The notes: generated by a model not told the origin, from the letters alone. Numbered from the stretch's first letter, positions 14,723-24,318 are shown. The stretch is 26,873 bases of DNA from Breznakia sp. PF5-3 (GCF_029504745.1 NZ_JAQFIQ010000032.1:1-26873); one strand, 5' to 3'. A program made the numbers and translations.

Positions 14723-17178
14723 TATTTTGTAAGGTATATTACACCTAAGTAATATGTTCCTTTCAAATCTTCATTTCCTGTTTTCTCAATTACTTTCTTA
14801 GCGATAGCATAGAACTCATCATCACTAATATTATAGTTTGTACGAAGCATCGTTGATCCTTTTTCATTGTATTCTTTAACTAATTGATCCACGATTTCAT
14901 CCGTGCTATAAAATTTATCATTGTAATGATAGTATTCTTTATCTTCACTTGTAGCAACATATTTTGATAATTCTGAATTCATAATATATAAATCATCTTC
15001 TACCAATACTTTGTTTGCTAAAGAATCTGGGATATTAAATAATGCATTTACAATAAATTCATTATCATTGTTTGTTACATCTAATGATAACCATTCATCA
15101 TCAATCTTCACTCTATTCCATGCATGAGGAAGTGTACCATCTAAGTTTCCTGTAACAACGATACTTTCCAATCCTGCTTCATCTGCTAATAACTTGAAAG
15201 CTGCTGCATAACTAGCACATACCCCTTTGTTGTTGATAAGAATTCCATATGCAGTAAATGAATCATTGTATTTTTCATCTACCTTCTTAAAGTTATTCTT
15301 CTCTGCACTCTTAAGTGCATCTGTATCATACTCTGCTGTTGAACAAAGATATTTATTAATCGCTTCTTCTTTTTCCAAATCAGTCATATCATCTTTGATG
15401 ATTTCTTTCACAACTTCTTTTACTTTTTCTTGAACTTCTTTTTGTTTTGAACGTTGTGTGCTTGCATCATCATCATAGATAATTGTTACATTGTTATTTT
15501 TCGCATCATAACGAATTCCTTTGACACCTAATACAAGTGGATTTTGATACAATGCTTCATACCAAGCATCCAATAGATATTCCTTATCTGATGCTTCTTT
15601 GAATTCATCTAAATTCACAGTTGTATTTCCATTCAACATTTGAATTGCCAAATACTCTGATAATGCATTGGAAGCAAATACATCATATTTTTCATCACGT
15701 ACTTCTTCTGCAACTTCTTCACTCTCTTCTGTTTTACCATCCAGATTTGAATCCTTGTTTACCGTACCTGTCTTATCTCTTAATCCATCTTGACGTTTCT
15801 TTAATTCTTTCAATTCTTTCTTGTAACTATCTTTATCATAGTTTTGAACTTCTGCATACCCCTTAATTGGTGTACCCTCAACATTGAATTGAATAGATAA
15901 TACTGGAACTGTTTTTACTTCTTCCAAAATCATTTTTCCATTTTCATCCAAAACAGCTTTCCCATCATCATCTGCTTTATAGTAATGAACTGTTGTACGT
16001 GTTTCTTTCACATTCTTGATATCATAAGTTACCAATTTTTGTGTAACTTTTCCATCTCCCATTCTCACCCATACGTGTGATGATAATAGGTTAATTTCTT
16101 TATCTACAGTTGTTTTTGCCTTGTCATTATAACTAGGTCTAATGCCACCTTCGTTCATGTAAGTCGCAGCATCCACTGGTGTTTGTTTAGCAGCTACCTT
16201 TTTATCAATAAAGTTACTTACTTTTGAAGTCCCTTTTTTACTTACTGCAATAACCCCAATGTATTTATTCTTCTCTTTATCATAGTCACTTTCTGGATCA
16301 TAAGTAGATTCTTTCACGAATTGTTCTTTATCTATCTCACCATCTTTTAGTTTCTTCTTTAGTTCATTATAATATTCATCTTCACCACCACCGAATGAAA
16401 TTCTAAAGTTACGATTATTTTTCGATGGATCTTTTTCATTTACATCTTTCCATACTGTTTCTGTTGTTGTATCGATAATAGAAATATATGGTCTTGATTC
16501 TGGATTTTCAATATTTTCATCAAAAGAGAAAATAATGTATTCTTCAGCACCTTTTACTTTATCCCACTCAAGGGTTGCAAAACCATCTTCTGAAATATAG
16601 AATTGTACATTTGGTGCGCCATTAATTTCGGTTTTAATACTAAAAACCGTTACTTGAGGTTTCTCAAATTTTTCACCAGTCTCTAAATCATAATGTTGAA
16701 CTAAATAATATTGTTGAGCATTTCCCCAATCCGCATATTCTCCTTGATCATTTAATTTTCCACCAAATTCTTTATCAGGAATCGCATACTTCGCTTCTCT
16801 TGCTGGTGTTACACTTAACGTTGATAATTCCCCTTCTTTTTCACTCTTATCAAGTATCCACTGTGCTCCTACTTCTTTTGTAAGATCTGAATCTGAATAT
16901 ACTTCTACTAATTCAGTCCATTTTTTTACTCCCATGTCTGCAAATTTTTGATTATCAATTTTATACTTAAAAGCATGGTCTCTTTCTAAATCATACATTG
17001 GATCTGTATAATCATACTTTTCTTCTTGTGCATATTTTGCTTTGATATCCGCTGTGACATCTTTATTTGAAGTTTGCTTCTCTTTTTCACCTTCACCACC
17101 ACAACCACTGATTAAAATCACAATTGCAAATAATCCTGTTACTACTCGTTTACTCAATTTCTTTATTTCTCTTTTCAT
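14722..17178 (-). CDS. Lipoprotein with C-terminal transglutaminase-like (Cys-His-Asp) domain
   Basis: Lipobox AIVILISGCGG. The C-terminal core is GVCASYAAAFKLL...LPHAWNRVKIDDEWLSLDVT, giving the C, H and D of the transglutaminase-like cysteine protease fold. GGAGGAG RBS. Confidence 0.85.
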   Translation of the reverse strand: MKREIKKLSKRVVTGLFAIVILISGCGGEGEKEKQTSNKDVTADIKAKYAQEEKYDYTDPMYDLERDHAFKYKIDNQKFADMGVKKWTELVEVYSDSDLTKEVGAQWILDKSEKEGELSTLSVTPAREAKYAIPDKEFGGKLNDQGEYADWGNAQQYYLVQHYDLETGEKFEKPQVTVFSIKTEINGAPNVQFYISEDGFATLEWDKVKGAEEYIIFSFDENIENPESRPYISIIDTTTETVWKDVNEKDPSKNNRNFRISFGGGEDEYYNELKKKLKDGEIDKEQFVKESTYDPESDYDKEKNKYIGVIAVSKKGTSKVSNFIDKKVAAKQTPVDAATYMNEGGIRPSYNDKAKTTVDKEINLLSSHVWVRMGDGKVTQKLVTYDIKNVKETRTTVHYYKADDDGKAVLDENGKMILEEVKTVPVLSIQFNVEGTPIKGYAEVQNYDKDSYKKELKELKKRQDGLRDKTGTVNKDSNLDGKTEESEEVAEEVRDEKYDVFASNALSEYLAIQMLNGNTTVNLDEFKEASDKEYLLDAWYEALYQNPLVLGVKGIRYDAKNNNVTIIYDDDASTQRSKQKEVQEKVKEVVKEIIKDDMTDLEKEEAINKYLCSTAEYDTDALKSAEKNNFKKVDEKYNDSFTAYGILINNKGVCASYAAAFKLLADEAGLESIVVTGNLDGTLPHAWNRVKIDDEWLSLDVTNNDNEFIVNALFNIPDSLANKVLVEDDLYIMNSELSKYVATSEDKEYYHYNDKFYSTDEIVDQLVKEYNEKGSTMLRTNYNISDDEFYAIAKKVIEKTGNEDLKGTYYLGVIYLTK

Positions 17179-17234
17179 TTTCTCCTCCGTATGCCCTCTT
17201 TTATTTTGACACTAGTTCTCTTTAAAACGTTCCC

Positions 17235-17948
17235 TTATTTCACAAATTTCACTAAAAATGTAATGAAATCCTCTTGTGTCATATTCTCTGTCTTAATCGA
17301 ATACAATTTACCTTCATCAATATATTTGGCAACAAACTCTTCATTTACTTTATTATAACGAAGTGCTAATTCTTGCTTATCGATTGTAGAGTTTGTATTT
17401 AATGTACCCTCATCTTCCTTTTCATAGGTTACATAAATACGTTCATCGCCTTTCGTGTATTCATTCACTACTTTCACATTTGTAAGTTGCTCACCATCAT
17501 ATAAACATTCAATTTTGGTTTGAGAATTTGTAAAACCTTTTGGTACCTCAATCGTAATGATTTCCCCATAAAATTCTTTCACATCCGCATCACTACCAGC
17601 TTTTGTTATATAGCTTTTTAAATCACTAGATAAATCGTTATCACTAATTGAATGCGTTGCAAAGTTCAATTCTCCATTTTCAAGTTTGACCTTATCTACC
17701 ATTTTTCCTGCCTGTAATTCGGTTTTAATCAATTCACCCGATGATCCACCTTGGCTTAAGATTCCAATGGCTAAAATCACTGCCGCCATTCCTCCAAGTA
17801 ATGAAAAAATAACTGGGCGTCTGAAAAATCCAACTTTTTTCTTTTCTGCTTGTTTTTCTTGTTCCTCTTTCATCAAGAGCGACGTTTCTGTAATCAGCTC
17901 TTTGGGAACTTCGATTTCATCATATGCTTCTTTGTACTTATCAAGCAT
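17235..17948 (-). CDS. Putative membrane anti-sigma factor
   Basis: 8-nt overlap with the upstream ECF sigma gene. It has a short cytoplasmic N-terminus, one TM helix (VIFSLLGGMAAVILAIGIL) and an extracytoplasmic domain of ~170 aa. The call is by context and topology only. Confidence 0.6.
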   Translation of the reverse strand: MLDKYKEAYDEIEVPKELITETSLLMKEEQEKQAEKKKVGFFRRPVIFSLLGGMAAVILAIGILSQGGSSGELIKTELQAGKMVDKVKLENGELNFATHSISDNDLSSDLKSYITKAGSDADVKEFYGEIITIEVPKGFTNSQTKIECLYDGEQLTNVKVVNEYTKGDERIYVTYEKEDEGTLNTNSTIDKQELALRYNKVNEEFVAKYIDEGKLYSIKTENMTQEDFITFLVKFVK

Positions 17949-18414
17949 CTAAATCACGCTCCATTCTTTTTTTCAGATTTTCTCGTGCTCGCGATAACCT
18001 TGTCTTTATTGTAGATTCATTAGTGTCCAACAGCTTTGCAATATCCGCAATGGAGTACTGTTCATAATAAAATAAATGTATTACAACTTTGTACTTCTCA
18101 TCCAGCTCTTGTACATAATAGAATACTTCATGATGTGTTGGATCCTCAAAGGGAATCTCAACCACCAATTCCTGCTTATTCGCATTGTAACGATTTTTAA
18201 AAAAGTCTTTACAACAATTAATCGTTACTCTGATTAACCAGGCTTTCAGATGCTCATCACTTTCAAAATCCTTCTGATATTTTACTAAGCGTAAGAATAC
18301 TTCTTGAAAAATATCCTTTGCATCATCGGGATTTTTTACTTGTGACATTGCAACTTTATACACGGTATTCGCATGCAGCTCTAAAATTTTGTCACAGTCC
18401 ATCTCTTTTCTCAT
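17941..18414 (-). CDS. ECF-family RNA polymerase sigma-70 factor
   Basis: 157 aa. Region 2 is DAKDIFQEVFLRLVKY...LKAWLIRVTINCCKDF. Region 4 HTH is YSIADIAKLLDTNESTIKTRLSRAREN. Confidence 0.9.
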   Translation of the reverse strand: MRKEMDCDKILELHANTVYKVAMSQVKNPDDAKDIFQEVFLRLVKYQKDFESDEHLKAWLIRVTINCCKDFFKNRYNANKQELVVEIPFEDPTHHEVFYYVQELDEKYKVVIHLFYYEQYSIADIAKLLDTNESTIKTRLSRARENLKKRMERDLDA

Positions 18415-18475
18415 TCCTTTTCCCTCAACTTGTTATCTATTATTTATATGTGGCTCTTTGTATCCCTTCGTAATT

Positions 18476-18504
18476 CATACGAATGAATGAAAGAAAAAGT
18501 TTCA
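18476..18504 (-). promoter_or_regulatory. Candidate autoregulated ECF promoter (SigW-like TGAAAC-N17-CGTATG)
   Basis: Minus strand TGAAAC (18504..18499), 17-nt spacer, CGTATG (18481..18476). It lies ~60 nt upstream of the sigma gene and just after the divIC-like terminator. Confidence 0.5.
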
Positions 18505-18505
18505 T

Positions 18506-18531
18506 AATAAAAAAGAAGTTTTTTAACTTCC
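18506..18531 (-). terminator. Intrinsic terminator after the divIC-like gene
   Basis: Minus strand GAAGTT-AAAA-AACTTC followed by TTTTTTATT. Confidence 0.7.
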
Positions 18532-18534
18532 CTT

Positions 18535-18831
18535 TTACTTCTCTTCCGTTGGTAATTTAAAAACCTGTTCACCATCTTCTTTTGTAAGCATATATTTTCC
18601 TCTAGCATAGTGAATAATATACTCTTTATTATTTAAATTTGATTTCTCTTTTTGTAATTTCTCTTTTTGCTTACTTAATTCAGCTTTCTCTTTCTTCGCT
18701 TCTGAAATATCCGCTCTTAAAGTGAAAGTCGTGTTTATCTCTTTCACAACTTCCATAATACAATATCCAGAAACTACTATCATTATCAACATAATGATAT
18801 ACCTTGAAGGATTTTTCTTCTTTTCTTTCAT
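18535..18831 (-). CDS. divIC: Septum formation initiator (FtsB/DivIC family)
   Basis: 98 aa with an N-terminal TM helix, then a coiled coil (KKEKAELSKQKEKLQKEKSNL) and YIIHYARGKYMLTKEDGE. Its position downstream of mfd and yabO matches the B. subtilis order. Confidence 0.7.
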   Translation of the reverse strand: MKEKKKNPSRYIIMLIMIVVSGYCIMEVVKEINTTFTLRADISEAKKEKAELSKQKEKLQKEKSNLNNKEYIIHYARGKYMLTKEDGEQVFKLPTEEK

Positions 18832-18884
18832 ATAACCACCATCTACCTTTTATACTAATGCATTATTTAAAAAAACTCAAGGTT

Positions 18885-19028
18885 TTATAAACCATATAAT
18901 TCATCACGAACATCTAACAATTCTAGATATGTCATTGTTTTTAATTCTTCTTTCGTATAAGAATTATTAGGCATATTTAAGATTTCATTTACCAATACTT
19001 CTAAATCTATTGTTTCTGTTTCCATCAT
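18885..19028 (-). CDS. Small acidic hypothetical protein (46-47 aa, not in the ORF track)
   Basis: MMETETIDLEVLVNEILNMPNNSYTKEELKTMTYLELLDVRDELYGL. GGGAGGA RBS lies 5 nt before the second ATG. It fills the gap between the rqcP-like and divIC-like genes. Confidence 0.35.
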   Translation of the reverse strand: MMETETIDLEVLVNEILNMPNNSYTKEELKTMTYLELLDVRDELYGL

Positions 19029-19081
19029 ATCCTCCCATTACTTTATACAAGTAATTTCTACTTCTTATCTCTACAATATCG

Positions 19082-19351
19082 TTATTCTGTTTTCTTTTCA
19101 ATGAATTTTTCATCCACCACTTCAAACATCAATGTAGCATCATTTTTCGATACTTGTTTTGGGGTATCCAAAACCTTCACGGTCAACTCACGGTTACCAA
19201 AAAAAATCGTGATTATATCTCCATACTTTACATCTGTACTAGGTTTTGCTTTTCTACCATTGACGATTACCCGATCTTGATCGGCTAATTCCTTGGATAC
19301 ACTTCTTCTTTTTAAAATTCTTGCAACCTTTAAATATTTATCTAAGCGCAT
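19082..19351 (-). CDS. rqcP: S4-domain RNA-binding protein, YabO/RqcP-like
   Basis: 89 aa. MRLDKYLKVARILKRRSVSKELADQDRVIVNGRKAKPS is an S4 domain. It lies immediately downstream of mfd, as yabO does in B. subtilis. Confidence 0.7.
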   Translation of the reverse strand: MRLDKYLKVARILKRRSVSKELADQDRVIVNGRKAKPSTDVKYGDIITIFFGNRELTVKVLDTPKQVSKNDATLMFEVVDEKFIEKKTE

Positions 19352-19360
19352 ATCTTCTCC

Positions 19361-22300
19361 TTATAGTTTCTTACATTGGGCAATAAACTCAATGATAATA
19401 TCTAAATAATCTTTTATTTTCTTTAAACTAACACTAATCTTTTGATTCGTGTATTTAATCTTTAAATCTTTGGAAATCGTTGTCGCCATTTCAAATAACT
19501 TCACTCCATCGATTTCATCACTCCAAGCTTTCGTAAAAATAACGCGAACATCTTTTTCATTTTCTTTAAAACTTTCTACATATTCTTCATTCACTAATAA
19601 ATCTAAACGTTTTTTATCAAATAATAACGCTACAGCTTTGGGAAGTTTTCCATATAAATCTTCCGTTTCCTGTTTCAATGTTTTTAATTCTTGATTATTT
19701 TTTACACCATCGATTTGTTGGTATAACGTAATCTTTTCAAAATCTTCTTCTTCAAATTTATGAGGAATGTAAGCATCTACTTTCACATTGGTACGAGCAA
19801 TTTCAACTTCTTTCTTTACTGGGATTCCCTTGCTTTCAGAAATAGCTTCATTTAGCATTTCCATATACATGTCAATCCCAACTGTATCAATGAATCCTGC
19901 TTGTCTAGGACCTAACATTTCTCCTGCTCCACGAATGGTTAAATCACGTAAAGCAATTTGATATCCTGATCCAAGTGCAGCAAACTCTTTCATTGATTTT
20001 AATCGTTTGGTAGCAATTTCACTTAATTGCTTATGTGGTGCATACATCAAATATGCATATGCCAAGCGATCACTTCTTCCTACCCGTCCTTTAATTTGAT
20101 ACAACTGACTTAATCCAAAGCGATCTGCATCCTCTACCAAGATGGTGTTCGCATTAGGAATATCTATCCCTGTTTCAATGATTGTTGTACAAACTAAAAC
20201 ATCATATTCTTTGTTCGTAAACTTATACATTACATCTTCAATGTCTTCTTTACTCATCTGCCCATGGGCTACAGCTACACGAATTCCTTTAATTTCATTG
20301 AGTAGCTTATTGGCAACATTGTATATTTCTTTTACTTTATTAAACAGATAGAACACTTGCCCATTTCTTGATAATTCACGTTCTATAATCTCTTTGATTA
20401 ACGATACATCTTTCTCTACAACATATGTTTGAACACTCACCCGATTCATCGGTGGTGTTGTTAGTTGTGAGAGCGAGCGAATACCCACCAACGACATCTG
20501 TAATGTCCTTGGAATTGGTGTGGCACTTAAAGATAAAACATCAATGGTATTTTTTAATTCTTTGATTTTTTCTTTATGCTCTACACCAAAACGTTGTTCT
20601 TCATCAATAATCAAAAGACCAAGATCTTTAAAGACAATATCTTTGGATAACAAACGATGTGTACCTATCAAAATATCAATCTTACCTTCTTTTAAATCTT
20701 TTTTTATCTGGGTTGTTTCTTTTTGAGAAACAAAACGATTTACAACTTTAATCGTAACCGGAAAGTTTCGAAATCTTCTTACTACCGTATTTAAATGTTG
20801 CAAACTAAGAATCGTGGTGGGACATAAGAACGCTACCTGTTTATTATCCATGACTGCCTTAAACGCTCCACGTAAAGCAACTTCGGTTTTCCCAAAACCA
20901 ACATCTCCACAAAGCAAACGATCCATTGGAGCTTCTGATTCCATATCCGCTTTAATCTCTTTAATCGCGGTTGCTTGATCTTTGGTTAATTCATAATCAA
21001 AATCTGCTTCAAATGCTCGTTGCATTTCATCATCCTTACGAAAAGCAAACCCTATCTTTTTATCTCGTAAAGCATATAGCTTTACTAAGCGATCTGCTAA
21101 CTCTTTGATATTCTCACTAACTTTTGCTTTCGTCTTCTCCCAATCCTTAGTACCCAAACGATTTAATTTAGGACTAGCTCCTTCTTTTGATACAAACTTC
21201 CTTACCAACCGAAACTGTTCAAGTGGAATAAATAAGATATCATTTCCTTTGTATGCTACCTTTAAATAATCTTTATGAATACCATCTTTTTCTTTATTGA
21301 TGATTCCTAAATATTGTCCAACACCATATAGTTTATGAACAATGTAATCACCTTTTTCTAAATCTTGATAATGATTTAGTACTTCTGCTCCTTTAAACTT
21401 ATTATCATATTTTGCTTTATAATGTACAACATCAAAGAGCTCTTTACTCGTATAAACAGCAATTTTCTCTTTATTTGCAATAAACCCTTCAACAAGAGGA
21501 AAGCTTATAAATTCTGCCTCTATATCCATCTTTGTATCCATGATTATCTCTTTCTCTAAATCATTTACACTAAGATATATCTTGTATCCTTGATGTAGGT
21601 TTTTTATATTCGCTAGTTTTTTATCTAAACTAATGTTCAAGATTGCTAACTCATTGATTCCTGATACAATTGGTTTTCGCATATTTACAAAGGTATGAAT
21701 ATGCATATCCTTTTTAGTAAATTCATAAAACTCAAAAGCAACTGTATAAATTGGTAACAATTCCTGTAAGTTTGACATTTCTTGTATATATGTAATATTT
21801 TCTTTAACAACTTTTTGATGATAATCCAAACATTCTTCATAACTACTCAAAACAATAAAATCACTATTACAATAATCTTTAATACTGTAGGTGTGATCTA
21901 ACAAACTATAATAGTTTTTGAAATGTGGTGTTTTTTGATGTGCTTCTAAGTTTTCAATTTCTTCTTCAACAAGCTCATTATTTTTAAATTTAGAACGCAG
22001 TGTATCTGCAATCTTCGTGATATCATGTTGTTCAAACAGGATATCACTTGCACAGATAATCGTTGCTTCATTCATTGTTTTGATTGTTTTCTTGGTTGCA
22101 ATATCAAAGAAGCGAATGCTATCGATTACATTATCAAAGAATTCGATTCGCAAAGGAAGGTCATAATTCATTGAAAACACATCAATGATTCCTCCTCGGC
22201 TAGCAAAGGTAAGTGGTTGATCTACATAGGTAACTCGCTCATAACCACTCTCTACCAACAATTGCTTTAATTCCTCTATTTCAATCTCTTTATCAATTGT

Positions 22301-22705
22301 TACTTCTATTGCATGTTTTCTAAATACTTCAGGATTTGGTAGAAAACTTGTAAAGGCACTCACGTGGGTAATACAGATTATATCCTCTTCTTGAAGCAAG
22401 CGATGTAATACTTCTACCTTATTTGCTGTTACTTCTCCAGAAGCCGCTAAAGCTTCAATACGCATGCTCTCTTCAACGCCAAAAAGCAGCACTTTGTCTT
22501 TTATGAGGGGGGTTAAGCTCTCATATAACTTTTGTGCTGTATATAAATTATGTTTCACAATTAGCATCGGTCGCTTTCGCTTTTGATAAGCACTTGCAAT
22601 CATCATCGTCTCTTCAATCAAAGAAAGATTTCCTAATTGATTGCTTTTGTTATCAAATGCTTGAAATGCTTCATTGTGTGCTAATGTCTTAAAAAGTTGT
22701 TCCAT
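19361..22705 (-). CDS. mfd: Transcription-repair coupling factor
   Basis: 1114 aa. Helicase motifs LLCGDVGFGKTEVALRG, DEEQRFGV and QLYQIKGRVGRS, plus a CarD-like segment YIVHKLYGVGQYLG. Confidence 0.95.
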   Translation of the reverse strand: MEQLFKTLAHNEAFQAFDNKSNQLGNLSLIEETMMIASAYQKRKRPMLIVKHNLYTAQKLYESLTPLIKDKVLLFGVEESMRIEALAASGEVTANKVEVLHRLLQEEDIICITHVSAFTSFLPNPEVFRKHAIEVTIDKEIEIEELKQLLVESGYERVTYVDQPLTFASRGGIIDVFSMNYDLPLRIEFFDNVIDSIRFFDIATKKTIKTMNEATIICASDILFEQHDITKIADTLRSKFKNNELVEEEIENLEAHQKTPHFKNYYSLLDHTYSIKDYCNSDFIVLSSYEECLDYHQKVVKENITYIQEMSNLQELLPIYTVAFEFYEFTKKDMHIHTFVNMRKPIVSGINELAILNISLDKKLANIKNLHQGYKIYLSVNDLEKEIIMDTKMDIEAEFISFPLVEGFIANKEKIAVYTSKELFDVVHYKAKYDNKFKGAEVLNHYQDLEKGDYIVHKLYGVGQYLGIINKEKDGIHKDYLKVAYKGNDILFIPLEQFRLVRKFVSKEGASPKLNRLGTKDWEKTKAKVSENIKELADRLVKLYALRDKKIGFAFRKDDEMQRAFEADFDYELTKDQATAIKEIKADMESEAPMDRLLCGDVGFGKTEVALRGAFKAVMDNKQVAFLCPTTILSLQHLNTVVRRFRNFPVTIKVVNRFVSQKETTQIKKDLKEGKIDILIGTHRLLSKDIVFKDLGLLIIDEEQRFGVEHKEKIKELKNTIDVLSLSATPIPRTLQMSLVGIRSLSQLTTPPMNRVSVQTYVVEKDVSLIKEIIERELSRNGQVFYLFNKVKEIYNVANKLLNEIKGIRVAVAHGQMSKEDIEDVMYKFTNKEYDVLVCTTIIETGIDIPNANTILVEDADRFGLSQLYQIKGRVGRSDRLAYAYLMYAPHKQLSEIATKRLKSMKEFAALGSGYQIALRDLTIRGAGEMLGPRQAGFIDTVGIDMYMEMLNEAISESKGIPVKKEVEIARTNVKVDAYIPHKFEEEDFEKITLYQQIDGVKNNQELKTLKQETEDLYGKLPKAVALLFDKKRLDLLVNEEYVESFKENEKDVRVIFTKAWSDEIDGVKLFEMATTISKDLKIKYTNQKISVSLKKIKDYLDIIIEFIAQCKKL

Positions 22706-22712
22706 AATTACC

Positions 22713-23273
22713 TCACTTTTTATTAAACTTAGCCATCACTAAATTAAAATCTTCATTTACACTTTCAATCGCTGCTTTTGCGGCATCGACAATTGCTGTT
22801 TGGAAAACTCCAAGATCTTCTTTACTTACTTTCCCAAGTACATAATCCACGGTTGGAATAACCGGATCTTTTCCTATTCCTACACGTATTCGTCTAAGTT
22901 CTTGAGTTCCTAAATGCTGAAGGATACTCTTCACTCCTTTTTGCCCGCCTGCACTTCCTTGTTCACGCAAACGTAGCTTTCCAACTGGTAAATCTAAATC
23001 ATCATAAATAACTAAGATATCTTCTATATCGATATTAAAATAATCCACCACTGCTCGTACACTTTCACCAGAGTTATTCATATACGTCTGTGGTTTTAAT
23101 AAAATTACTTTTTCCCCTTTGATAAACGTTTGGGCATACAATCCTTTAAATTTTTTTTGATCAATATCAACACCCAAGGATTTAGCAATTTCATCCATCA
23201 CCATAAACCCTGCATTGTGACGAGTTTTCTCATATTGCTTTCCTGGGTTTCCTAAACCTACAATTAATTTCAT
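22713..23273 (-). CDS. pth: Peptidyl-tRNA hydrolase
   Basis: MKLIVGLGNPGKQYEKTRHNAGF is the canonical N-terminus. The tracked ORF begins at a GTG at 23279, but GAAGAGG is spaced correctly for the ATG at 23273. Confidence 0.95.
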   Translation of the reverse strand: MKLIVGLGNPGKQYEKTRHNAGFMVMDEIAKSLGVDIDQKKFKGLYAQTFIKGEKVILLKPQTYMNNSGESVRAVVDYFNIDIEDILVIYDDLDLPVGKLRLREQGSAGGQKGVKSILQHLGTQELRRIRVGIGKDPVIPTVDYVLGKVSKEDLGVFQTAIVDAAKAAIESVNEDFNLVMAKFNKK

Positions 23274-23284
23274 ATACACCTCTT

Positions 23285-23539
23285 CTATTTAACGTGTTTC
23301 TTTCGAACACGTGCAATCTCTTCTTGAATCTGTCGATATTGGACACAGATAATCTCATTGATTTCATCAATGCTAAGATTTTTATTGGCCACAATAGAAA
23401 TAGAAAGATCACTTTGTACGATAACAGATATCTGTCCTTCGCGTAAACGAATGGAACGAATCAAATCGTAAATAAGTTCTTCTTTCTCTGGTTTTCCAGT
23501 ATATCTACTAGTGATAATTACTCTTTCTTTGCTAGCCAT
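23285..23539 (-). CDS. Hypothetical 84-aa protein, first gene of the pth-mfd transcription unit
   Basis: AAGGA RBS. The stop lies 9 nt before the pth ATG, and the pth RBS is inside its 3' end. I recognise no family. Confidence 0.6.
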   Translation of the reverse strand: MASKERVIITSRYTGKPEKEELIYDLIRSIRLREGQISVIVQSDLSISIVANKNLSIDEINEIICVQYRQIQEEIARVRKKHVK

Positions 23540-23564
23540 CTATATCCTTCTTTCTACTCACTAC

Positions 23565-23593
23565 ATTTTACTATAGGCTACCTGTTTCTTCAA
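23565..23593 (-). promoter_or_regulatory. Candidate sigma-A promoter for the 84-aa ORF-pth-mfd unit
   Basis: Minus strand TTGAAG (23593..23588), 17-nt spacer, TAAAAT (23570..23565). It lies ~25 nt upstream of the ORF start. Confidence 0.45.
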
Positions 23594-23633
23594 TTTAAAA
23601 GGTATCTTTCTTTTTACTAAGTGTAAAAATAAC

Positions 23634-23665
23634 TGCATGTTTTACCATCCAGTTATCTCTAGTGT
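23634..23665 (-). terminator. Possible terminator for the 136-aa orphan gene
   Basis: Minus strand ATAACTG-14 nt-CAGTTAT followed by TTTTTAC. The stem is AT-rich and the loop is large, so the call is weak. Confidence 0.35.
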
Positions 23666-23807
23666 TTCTATATCTTAATCCTTTTCTACCATTTCTTCAA
23701 GTATATTCTATATCTTTTTTTTGCCTTCGTAGTTTTCTTGATACTTAAAAATCTTTTCACCAAAATACAGTGAACATATGCTTCTAATTACTTACAAAAT
23801 TTATCCA

Positions 23808-24218
23808 TCATACCCCAAAATGAATGATGTATTTCTTTTCTTCAATAGCTTTTTCTATTAACGCAAGCAATTCTTGCTCTTCCTTTGTTTGTGCTGCTTC
23901 TTCAACAACCTCATAAAACAATGGTAAAGACCGTGGTGGAATAATTGTTACTCCAGCTCTTGCAAGCGCTGTATTTGGACTATCCAATCGATGCCAGAAA
24001 GTATTCATATCCTCAAGCTGATCCGCCCAAAAGCTTACATAATAATCTAATATTCTAATACGTTTATAGTTTTTTGCATCTGCAAAACTATATTCATTAT
24101 TTCTTCTTACCTTGTCAATAATAGCAAAATCGTTATACAGTTCCATAGATCCTCCTTCATATATCTTAAAAAAGTATCCTTCCCCTTGAACCTGATGTTC
24201 ACCATTTTCATATATCAT
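23808..24218 (-). CDS. Hypothetical protein (136 aa as tracked; more likely 112 aa from the ATG at 24146)
   Basis: The ORF has terminators on both sides. GAAGGAGGA precedes the internal ATG at 24146. The tracked ATG overlaps a TGCTATAAT box. No family recognised. Confidence 0.6.
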   Translation of the reverse strand: MIYENGEHQVQGEGYFFKIYEGGSMELYNDFAIIDKVRRNNEYSFADAKNYKRIRILDYYVSFWADQLEDMNTFWHRLDSPNTALARAGVTIIPPRSLPLFYEVVEEAAQTKEEQELLALIEKAIEEKKYIIHFGV

Positions 24219-24225
24219 TATAGCA
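24217..24225 (-). promoter_or_regulatory. Extended -10 promoter (TGCTATAAT) for the orphan gene
   Basis: Minus strand TGCTATAAT. Its last two bases are the first two of the tracked ATG, which argues for the downstream start. Confidence 0.4.
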
Positions 24226-24318
24226 AAACATAACCAAATAATATAGATGAATATATATTTATCCTTTTTTTATCGATTTAGAAATACAAAAACACGTATT
24301 ACATTTCATATAGAACAC

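Noticed and set aside
15227-20726. Plus-strand ORFs 15227..15433, 15621..15866, 17686..17952, 19449..19694, 20142..20351 and 20520..20726
   Set aside because: All lie antisense within well-supported minus-strand genes (transglutaminase lipoprotein, anti-sigma, mfd). They are shadow ORFs.
23230-23412. 60-aa minus-strand ORF overlapping pth and the 84-aa ORF
   Set aside because: It is out of frame with two better-supported genes, spans their junction and has no RBS.
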